38,741 nucleotides of DNA. Origin: Rickettsiales bacterium (GTDB lineage: Bacteria; Pseudomonadota; Alphaproteobacteria; Rs-D84). This document shows positions 27,700-35,300 of the stretch, in pieces. The notes under the pieces are model-generated. The model had not been told where the DNA came from. It searched no databases and saw nothing but the letters and a program-made list of their open reading frames with translations. Both the position numbers and the translations under genes were made by a program. How positions within the stretch are numbered: position 1 is the stretch's first letter; the number at the start of each line of letters is the position of its first letter. The stretch spans positions 1 through 38,741 of the forward strand of contig JAIRZE010000086.1 in NCBI GenBank assembly GCA_031267375.1, given 5' to 3'.

Positions 27700-27800
27700 T
27701 CCCTATCCTCTTATTATTAAGAACAATCTACATTTTTTATTTGACAATTAAAGTAGATTAATCTACAATAAGCCTAACCAAAGGAGATTTGACGATGAAA
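27698..27800 (+). repeat. Right copy of the perfect 103-bp inverted repeat (rightward promoter, operator, RBS, ATG-AAA)
   Basis: Reverse complement of 25699-25801. Confidence 0.97.
27741..27769 (+). promoter_or_regulatory. Rightward sigma70-type promoter with operator palindrome GTAGATTAATCTAC (27753-27766)
   Basis: TTGACA 27741-46, 17-nt spacer, TACAAT 27764-69; AAGGAG 27781-86; ATG 27795. Confidence 0.85.
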
Positions 27801-28226
27801 TACTTCAAACACACCTGCAAATCCACATTAGAACAACGGCTTGCCCGTAAGTTTCAACAACTTTCTAATGGTCAAGCCTGCGCCGTATGCGGCCAAATCG
27901 CACACTGCGAGCATCACATCATCCGGCGCCACCAGTCCGAACTGCTGCGCTATGACTGGCGCAACGGCCTGCACCTGTGCCGCGAGTGCCACAACCGCAT
28001 TCACAACGGCGAAATCCCGGAACCTGTCGCGCCCAAGCACAAAGAGCTGTTGCAGTTCATCGCGACAATTAACTTTAAGGATATTCTGCGCGAGCGCGGA
28101 ATCACAGCCGAAGAGTATTACCGCGAGAAAGAGCGCGAGCTGGATGAACAGTTATCAGATTTGGACATACAATATGTCCGAATATCAAACGGCTATGTAT
28201 ACCAAGGACCAGACATACCGTTTTAA
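27795..28226 (+). CDS. HNH/NinG(Rap)-like zinc nuclease
   Basis: CAVCG...EHHIIRR...LRYDWRNGLHLCRECHNRIH. Confidence 0.75.
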   Translation: MKYFKHTCKSTLEQRLARKFQQLSNGQACAVCGQIAHCEHHIIRRHQSELLRYDWRNGLHLCRECHNRIHNGEIPEPVAPKHKELLQFIATINFKDILRERGITAEEYYREKERELDEQLSDLDIQYVRISNGYVYQGPDIPF

Positions 28227-28240
28227 TAAGTTTGGGGCAA

Positions 28241-28260
28241 ATTTTTGACAAGTCAAAAAT
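28241..28260. promoter_or_regulatory. 20-bp palindrome ATTTTTGAC-AA-GTCAAAAAT (operator-like)
   Basis: Perfect 9-bp arms, read directly from the sequence. Confidence 0.55.
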
Positions 28261-28269
28261 CCTTTGAAC

Positions 28270-28519
28270 GCCGGGTGTGGCCCCAGCCCGGCAACTTTAA
28301 CAAGCCCCGGAATCTATCTGATGTGTTTCAGCAGGGGCGCCAAGTTTTGCGACGCGCCCGTCAGTAGGTGCATATAGTAGGCGATGACAAGAAGCCGAAT
28401 TGTGCGGAAAGCGAGTAGCTAAGTAGAAACCCGACCGCGCGGGGGATCGCCGCGCGAAAGACTGTTGGAAAGACAACACGAGATTAACGGCAAACACTGC
28501 GCGATGCATTTCGCGGCAG
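28270..28519 (+). ncRNA. Candidate structured non-coding RNA/leader
   Basis: At least six GC-rich stems in a gap with no convincing ORF; no family recognised. Confidence 0.35.
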
Positions 28520-28551
28520 GTGATTTTTGCAACAAAAAAAGGGAGAGAAAA

Positions 28552-28668
28552 ATGGAACTTAATGAAAATCTGGAATTAAGTCTGGGCGAAAAGCTGGGTG
28601 GCGTGGCATTCGGTTTGTTTTTATTTTTGCTGTGTTTGCCGGATATATATTGCAATAAAGGGGGATAA
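28552..28668 (+). CDS. Small membrane peptide (38 aa)
   Basis: GGAG RBS; MELNENLELSLGEKLGGVAFGLFLFLLCLP... Confidence 0.5.
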   Translation: MELNENLELSLGEKLGGVAFGLFLFLLCLPDIYCNKGG

Positions 28669-28669
28669 A

Positions 28670-28789
28670 ATGCTGACTATTGAACAAATCAGAGCCAAGG
28701 TAGATCTGCCGGTATCGGACGAAGTGCTGATGCGGCTGCGGGATTTGATTTACAAAACAGTTTACGGATTTATGGGGGCAATCAAATGA
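28670..28789 (+). CDS. Small protein (39 aa) upstream of the integrase
   Basis: GGGGA RBS; MLTIEQIRAKVDLPVSDEVLMRLRDLIY...; 1 nt after the previous stop. Confidence 0.55.
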   Translation: MLTIEQIRAKVDLPVSDEVLMRLRDLIYKTVYGFMGAIK

Positions 28790-28887
28790 AACTTGTAATA
28801 GCGCCATTTTGGATGAATTGGGCATTTTGGGCCGCTGGATATAACTCCTATTATGTGTTTGTAAATATAGATAAATGGGTTAAATAA
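28786..28887 (+). CDS. Small Trp-rich peptide (33 aa) translationally coupled to the integrase
   Basis: ATGA overlap upstream and TAATG overlap with the integrase start; MKLVIAPFWMNWAFWAAGYNSYYVFVNIDKWVK. Confidence 0.45.
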   Translation: MKLVIAPFWMNWAFWAAGYNSYYVFVNIDKWVK

Positions 28888-30452
28888 TGAGCAACAACGC
28901 AGTCATTTATGCCAGAGTGTCTTCGGCCCAGCAGCGCCGGGATAATTCCATTGCGTCCCAGCTGGACGCCTGTCGCAAGTATGCGGCGGCGCGGGGTATG
29001 ACTGTGGTCCGTGAATTTATGGATGACGGATTTTCGGGCAAAAATGACCAGCGGCCGGACTTACAAAATATGCTGCGTTGGCTGAAAAAGAATCCGGACA
29101 CAACGGTCATAGCTTACGATACATCGCGCATAGCCCGGCATATCGGAACTATGTGCAATATCAGCGACGCAATAGATGTGGCGGATTGCAGTTTGTCATT
29201 CGTGGTAATGAACTTTGATAAAACGCCCGAGGGCGAATTTATGAAGAATATGATTTCCGCCCAGAATCAATACTTCCGCGAATCCAATACAAGAAAGGTA
29301 AAAGACAGTATGCTGAGCCAGATGAAGCTGGGTATATACCTGCTGAATCCGCCAATAGGATATGCAAGGTCAAGGGACGGCCAGAAACGACTGGTACTGG
29401 TAAGGGACGAGCCAACAGCAACGATAATAGCGGAAGCAATAGGCAAATACGCCACAGGACAACTGAATACAAAGCTTGATGTTGCAGACTGGCTGAACAA
29501 AAGACTGTCAAAGCCGATAGGTGAAGACACGGCCCGAAGAATAGTAGAGAGCCCAGTATACACTGCAAGGTTTGCTTACAAGCCCTGGGGTATACCAGAG
29601 CAGGATTGGCATATAGAACCAATAATAACCCCAGAACTGCACCAAAGGGTAATGGATAGGATAAAAGGCATAGGAAGACACCAGATGCGAAGCAACCTAC
29701 TTGAAGACTTTCCATTACGGGGATATGTAATCTGTGGATACTGCGGACACCCATTGACCAGCTGTTGGTCAAGTGGAAAGAATAATAAGTTCCCATACTA
29801 TTTTTGCTCCCAGAAAGGATGCAGTCATTATGGCAAGTCAATCCGCCGGGCGGACATTGAAGATGCAATGCTGACCGTTTTAAGCGACATCAGGGCAGAT
29901 GATAGCATTCTTGCGCTGGTTGACCTTATTATTGACAATGTTGCAGAAAAAGCGCATAATGAAGCATTGGCAAGCGCGAAGAACTTAAACGGCGTTATTG
30001 CCGATATTCAGAAAGAAATTGATGCGCTGGTGGATTTGATTGCGAAGCGCTCTTTGAATTGTGCGCTGGCCAATGACCCAGTGGCGGCGCAGTACGAAGA
30101 CAAGATTTGGAAATTGACTTCCCGGATTCAGGAATTGAAAGCAGATCAAAAGAATCTGGAAACCGGGCACGCAGGCAAGGATTATAGGGCAGCGTTTGAA
30201 CGGACGCGTGAGTTCATTAGAACACCTGTAAAATTGTTTGAAAATGGCGATTTATCGCAGAAAAGAAAGGTGCTTGAAGTAGTATTCAAGGGTAAACCGA
30301 GGTATTTCAGAAATGAGGGTTATAGAACACCGGAAATAGCCGAGATTTTCAGCATTTTATCAGAAAAAAACGAGAGTAAAATAGATTGGTGCACCCGGCG
30401 CGATTCGAACGCGCAATCCCCGCCTTCGGAGGGCGATGCTCTATCCAGTTAA
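28887..30452 (+). CDS. int: Large serine recombinase (integrase)
   Basis: YARVSS catalytic motif, D.GFSG...RP.L, SRIAR, recombinase domain, zinc ribbon CGYCG...YYFC...C, coiled coil. Confidence 0.95.
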   Translation: MSNNAVIYARVSSAQQRRDNSIASQLDACRKYAAARGMTVVREFMDDGFSGKNDQRPDLQNMLRWLKKNPDTTVIAYDTSRIARHIGTMCNISDAIDVADCSLSFVVMNFDKTPEGEFMKNMISAQNQYFRESNTRKVKDSMLSQMKLGIYLLNPPIGYARSRDGQKRLVLVRDEPTATIIAEAIGKYATGQLNTKLDVADWLNKRLSKPIGEDTARRIVESPVYTARFAYKPWGIPEQDWHIEPIITPELHQRVMDRIKGIGRHQMRSNLLEDFPLRGYVICGYCGHPLTSCWSSGKNNKFPYYFCSQKGCSHYGKSIRRADIEDAMLTVLSDIRADDSILALVDLIIDNVAEKAHNEALASAKNLNGVIADIQKEIDALVDLIAKRSLNCALANDPVAAQYEDKIWKLTSRIQELKADQKNLETGHAGKDYRAAFERTREFIRTPVKLFENGDLSQKRKVLEVVFKGKPRYFRNEGYRTPEIAEIFSILSEKNESKIDWCTRRDSNAQSPPSEGDALSS

Positions 30453-30463
30453 GCCACGGGTGC
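30387..30463 (-). tRNA. tRNA-Arg(CCG), probable prophage attachment site
   Basis: Minus strand GCACCCG...CTCCGAA...GTTCGAATC...CGGGTGC-A-CCA; all stems pair; 77 nt. Confidence 0.95.
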
Positions 30464-30473
30464 ATTGCCGATT

Positions 30474-30502
30474 ACTATAAATCATTATTCCCGCCCTTGC
30501 AA
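30474..30502 (-). promoter_or_regulatory. Promoter of tRNA-Arg
   Basis: TTGCAA-17 nt-TATAGT on the minus strand, about 10 nt upstream of the tRNA. Confidence 0.7.
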
Positions 30503-30577
30503 ATAAAAATAATCACGCGAGCACAACAAAGCTATCTTTATGCGCTCGGACAGAAATCAAAACGAACACGCAGTGTT

Positions 30578-30702
30578 CGTCATCCCTTTGAGGCTCGGGA
30601 TCCACTGCGTCGCAGACCTTAATCCTCGAAGCGGATACACTGTATAAATGCTTCGCATTAAAGCCTGCGGCGCAGTGGATCCCGGCCTGCGCCGGGATGA
30701 CG
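30578..30702. repeat. REPIN/REP-like long imperfect palindrome
   Basis: CGTCATCCC...GGGATCCACTGCGTCGCAG...CTGCGGCGCAGTGGATCCC...GGGATGACG; contains a GTCATCCCGGCGCAGGCCGGGATCCA unit on the minus strand. Confidence 0.75.
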
Positions 30703-30797
30703 ATTTACTTCGTAAATCGTTTTGATTTTATTTTGATTCTTAAAAGATACACTCTTTGCACTTGCATCTATAATAATAATTGACTACAATTTGGCAA

Positions 30798-31259
30798 ATG
30801 AAAAAGTTCCTGCCGTTTTTATTAATCCTGGCCGCCTGCAACAGTATGTATATAAAGCCGGATACGATTGACAAGACAAAAACCGTATTCGCCGGGCGCG
30901 GCGGTTATTCTATGACGCGCAGCATAAAAGAAAGAATGGAAGAACGCGGATACAATGTCATAGTCGGCGTGGCAAGGACTATTTACACAGTTGATATAAC
31001 CGATGACGAATGGAATGATGTGCGCGATTTCAAAGGAAATAAAGTTCCAAAAGAAGCACGCTATGTTGTCAATGTTTCGGAACGGCGCGAGAAATTCTTT
31101 CCGACCTGGTGTTTGTTCAATGGTTTCTGGTGGTGGAATTTCAATGTTTCTATCGCAGACCAGATGACCGGCGAAGAGCTGTTATCTTGGCGCGGCCGCG
31201 GCTGCGCGAACAGCTCTCTGCGCAAGCTGGACGCCGCTTTGGATGAATTAGAGAAATAA
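30798..31259 (+). CDS. Host lipoprotein, unknown function
   Basis: MKKFLPFLLILAA-C lipobox; likely start ATG 30798. Confidence 0.78.
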   Translation: MKKFLPFLLILAACNSMYIKPDTIDKTKTVFAGRGGYSMTRSIKERMEERGYNVIVGVARTIYTVDITDDEWNDVRDFKGNKVPKEARYVVNVSERREKFFPTWCLFNGFWWWNFNVSIADQMTGEELLSWRGRGCANSSLRKLDAALDELEK

Positions 31260-31280
31260 CTGGATTCCTTTATTCAAACA

Positions 31281-31321
31281 CCCTCCCCGGCCACTTCGTG
31301 GCCACCCCTCCATAGGAGGGG
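31281..31321. repeat. REP-like double hairpin
   Basis: GGCCAC-ttc-GTGGCC followed by CCCCTCC-ata-GGAGGGG. Confidence 0.55.
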
Positions 31322-31379
31322 AATTTTCACCGAGTTTAATTTCCACCAATTGCTAATTGATAATTGCTAACTGCTAATT

Positions 31380-31403
31380 AAAAACGCCCAAACGGGCGTT
31401 TTT
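31380..31403. terminator. Bidirectional terminator between the lipoprotein gene and aqpZ
   Basis: AAAAACGCCC-AAAC-GGGCGTTTTT. Confidence 0.85.
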
Positions 31404-32080
31404 TACTTTGTCTTCTTTTTGCTTTCCAGCAGGTATTTCCAAACAAATCCCGCCAGCACCGCGCCCGCTATCGGCGCGACCCAAAACACCCACAGCTGAG
31501 CCATTGCCGCCGGATCCGTCGCAAACAAAGCCTGGGATGTGCTGCGCGCCGGATTCACCGATGTATTCGTAATCGGTATGCTGACCAAGTGTATCGCCGT
31601 CAATGCAAGTCCTATTGCTACGCCTGCAAATTTATTAAACGCATCCTTTGCCGTGGTTCCCAGAATCACCAGCAAAAACACCGCCGTCATCACGACTTCG
31701 CACAGCACCGCCGCGCACAAGGTATAGGTTCCATAAATATTTGCCGCAAATCCGCCTACATCAACGCCGCCGCCGGAAACGCCCGTCGCAATTCCATAAA
31801 TCACGGCCGCGCCCAATATCGCGCCCGCAACCTGAGCCACCACATACGGCAGGACAGAGCGCCACTTGAAACAGCCCGCCGTCGCCAAGCCGATTGACAC
31901 CGCCGGATTGAAATGTCCGCCGGAAATCGGGCCGACTGCATAGGCCATAACCAGAACGGAAAGTCCGAATGCCAAAGCGATTCCTGCGAAGCCTATGTAC
32001 GCGCCCGCAAGCACGGCAGAGCCGCAGCCGAACAGAACCAAGACAAAAGTCCCCAATAATTCTGCGAAAAGTTTTTTCAT
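31403..32080 (-). CDS. aqpZ: Aquaporin Z
   Basis: [34 protein letters not shown]. Confidence 0.95.
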   Translation of the reverse strand: MKKLFAELLGTFVLVLFGCGSAVLAGAYIGFAGIALAFGLSVLVMAYAVGPISGGHFNPAVSIGLATAGCFKWRSVLPYVVAQVAGAILGAAVIYGIATGVSGGGVDVGGFAANIYGTYTLCAAVLCEVVMTAVFLLVILGTTAKDAFNKFAGVAIGLALTAIHLVSIPITNTSVNPARSTSQALFATDPAAMAQLWVFWVAPIAGAVLAGFVWKYLLESKKKTK

Positions 32081-32192
32081 AGTAAAGCCTCCATTGCTTA
32101 TACGGCTGTAATTATGACAGAAATCCTAAACTGAAAAAAGGATAAAAAAAACTTGCATTTTGATCGGCAATACTATAAACTGCACGGGCATC

Positions 32193-32268
32193 GGCTAGGT
32201 AGCTCAGTTGGTAGAGCAAGGGACTGAAAATCCCTGTGTCGGCGGTTCGATTCCGTCCCTAGCCACCA
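32193..32268 (+). tRNA. tRNA-Phe(GAA)
   Basis: GGCTAGG...CTGAAAA...GGTTCGATTCC...CCTAGCC-A-CCA; 76 nt; upstream TTGCAT-17 nt-TAAACT. Confidence 0.96.
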
Positions 32269-32302
32269 CCCTTCGCTGCTGCGCAGCTTCGGGTGGCAAG
32301 CC
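32266..32302. repeat. Short REP-like hairpin after tRNA-Phe
   Basis: CCACCC-TTCG-CTGC..GCAG-CTTC-GGGTGG-CAAGCC. Confidence 0.4.
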
Positions 32303-32318
32303 AGAAATCACAATCTCC

Positions 32319-35300
32319 CTAAAACCTGCTGGACAGGCCAATGTGGCCGCTGATTCCGCTGATGTCATTCCCGCTGCGCAAATTAATTTTCGCTTCCACA
32401 GATGTAGAATCCGCAACCTGCCCCACCAGGCCCACACCATACTCAAAGTATGAATCCGGCGCAGTCAAATCCTGCATTTCAACCTGGCCCGCCGTATTCT
32501 TTACCTTATTCATCATATTCTTTACATAGCTTCCCGAAAAGAACGCATTAAAAGAATCCATCCCAAGCATAGCCGAAATCCCCGGGATTGCCGTAAATCC
32601 GGCCAGTTTGTCGGAATGCATTGCAATATCGCCGTAATTGGAATTCCAATTTTGTGCGCCGAAATAATTATATGACAGCGTCAAATTCGGCTGGATTATC
32701 ACATTCTGGGTTCCCGGACGCCAATCATACGCCAGCTTTCCGGCCGCGCCTGCAAACCAATTGTCAACGGAATCATCGGTGCCGGCGACTTGGATTTTGT
32801 TATTATAAATTCCGCCATAGCCCAGAATCGCAGCGATGAAATCCCCGTCGGACCAGCTGCTCATCAAGCCTGCTTGCGCGCCGTTCTGGGTCATTTCCAC
32901 GCCGTTAAAGCTTTGTTTTCCGCCGTTGTATTCCATATAAAATGTCGGAACCCAATGCCATCTGCCGCCAATAGAAACCGCGTCAAAATCATATCCAGCG
33001 ATAACACCGAAAGAATCATTGCTGATTTCATCCAGCGCCTGATTCAGATTCAATTTTTCTTTTCCGCCGTATGCTTTTGCAAAGACTCCGTCTTTGTGGC
33101 GCTCAAACTGCCAGGGCGCGAATTCGCAGTGCAGGCACTCGTTGCTGTCCATAAAGATATGCTCAAACATAATATTATTCAGCATAGTCTGGGCGGACAA
33201 TACCGCGCTTGCAGCAACACCGCCGCGCGGGCCCGCCGGGTTCAAGTCTTGCAGCCGCAGCTCATAATTACCGCTGCCCAGCGAGTACAGGCCGTAATCG
33301 CCCACAGCCGTGGAAACGCGCTGACTGCCGGCCGCAAATTGAATAGATGAATCATAACTTGGCGATTCCATAATCGTAAACGGCACGACCGCAACGGTTG
33401 GCGAATTCAGCAAATTTACCTGGGACAAAATTACCGTTCCGCCCATTGCGATCGTATCCGCAACACCAGTTGCAGAGTTTCCCGGCGCCGCCAAATCCCC
33501 CGGCGCCGCGGTGCCGCCGCTGAAAGAAAATACATCAGAAACAAAATTCTGAGCATCCAAATCAACCGCAAAATTGGCCGTGGTAGTGCTTGAATTAATG
33601 GCCGAATACAATGCGAACTTTCCAGCGAATGTGTGCGTCTGCAACGCGCCGTCTATACTGTTAAATGTCGCGCCGTCGCCCATTGCCAGATTACCGCTGG
33701 TTTGCGCGTATGTTCCGTTTCCCGCGCCCAGAGTCAGGGTATAATCTATCGCATACACTGTGGAGTTTGACAAGACAATATCGCCGCCGAATATTCCGTT
33801 ATATGAATTATTGCGATTCAAATATCCCGTCGCCATATTCTGCAAAAATATAACTCCGCCGGTCTGCACGAATGCGCCCGAATACACCAGCATATTTTTG
33901 CCGCCCATAATCACCCAGCCGTCGGACATACTGGCCGCTCCAAAACTGCCGTCCGCTTCCACCAGCATATCCGTCGCGCCCAGGTACAATGTTCCGCCGG
34001 CAATCTCGTAATATCCCGTATGAAACAGATTAAAGTTCGCAGCCTTGCCTATCAAGTCATTCACATTGCCCAGGCGCAGCGATCCGTATAAATTGATAGA
34101 ACCGCCGGTTATATTCAGCACCGCGGCGTCATCTTTCGCCGCGTCTGCGTTCCAATTCAAAGTACCGGCATTTATATTGCTTGTCCCGCCAAAGAAATTT
34201 CCATTGGCGTTCACAATACCGTTGCTCATATTAAATGCGCCCAAGTACTGCGAATTATCGCCGTTCAGATTTAATATCGCGGCGCCGTCTTTATTTATGA
34301 CGCCGACGCTTGTGCCACTGATTCCGCCGTTAAAACTAATGCTGCCGCCGGTTGACGCGAATGTCAATATTCCGGAATTATACAAGTCATTGCCGGTGCT
34401 GCGGCGATAATTTTCGCTGAAAACTATATCGCCGCCGGACATCGCGACCAGGGTCAAATTACCGGCATTATATATCGCGCCACCCGCGCCGGTATCCGCC
34501 ACATTTCCTGTGAAATTCATTTCCGATGTTCCGGAATAAATAGTCAAGGTTCCATTTGCGTCATTATAAATCGCCCCGCCAGATGCCGCGGTATTGTTGG
34601 TAAAAGATCCCGCGCTGATCTGCAAATTCGCATTATTATAAATCGCGCCGGCCGTGTTATGATCCCAATCAGTATTTTGGACAGAAACAGTTCCCGCCAG
34701 AATATTCAATGCCACGCCGTTGTTCTGTTGAATCAGCAAGTCAGACAATAACGCCGTGGAATTAGCATTATTCATAGTCAGAACATTGGTTGAATTTTCC
34801 ACCGTCAAATCCGCCAATGTAAAATATGTATCATCAATTCCTACATTAAACAAAGACTGATAAATACTTAGATCCGTCGCATTCAATCCTGATAATACGC
34901 TGGTGCGGGTGCCGGAATTCGCGCCGTGAACAGAAAAAGTTCCGGCGGCCATTGGATCCAAATCCGCCGCATTATAATAAACTTCGTTCGCGCCGATTTG
35001 CCACGCGCGCGCGGTGGCGCTGGAAAAAGTCGCCGCGATCGCCGTCGGCGTCAATGCGTTCACATCATTCAGGACCAAGACTGTCGCCGCGCCCGTATCC
35101 GGAGTATTAATATTTACAGTCGGGCTTTCGCCGTCGCCGCCGGGCGTTATGACAACTTGTCCGCCGGGAATATCAACTGTTCCGCCGTCGCCCGGATTTA
35201 CAACTGTTGTATTTCCGCCGCCGGTATCAACGGTTATCAGTCCGGTATCCGGATCTTGGGTTATGCTCGTCGTTCCGCCGCCGCTGCCGCCGGTATCAAC

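Larger units (their letters stand above)
1..30463. mobile_element. Temperate podovirus-type prophage integrated at tRNA-Arg(CCG); left boundary outside the window
   Basis: Contiguous terminase-portal-capsid-short tail-lysis-repressor-integrase modules ending at a tRNA. Housekeeping genes (aqpZ, prfB) lie beyond it. No tape-measure or sheath gene is seen. Confidence 0.93.

Noticed and set aside
28430-28470. Phage tmRNA or tRNA in the structured intergenic region
   Set aside because: No T-arm (GTTCRA) plus CCA end, and no tag reading frame could be identified.
29239-29868. 209-aa antisense ORF inside the integrase
   Set aside because: Non-protein-like Leu/Ser/Cys-rich sequence with no RBS or motif; explained by the codon bias of the sense strand.
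1-30452. Stop-codon reassignment in the phage
   Set aside because: Genes are full-length and tightly packed under the standard code, and TAA, TGA and TAG are all used as stops.
32204-32453. ORFs 32208..32453 (+) and 32204..32446 (-)
   Set aside because: Shadow translations of tRNA-Phe and the autotransporter end.
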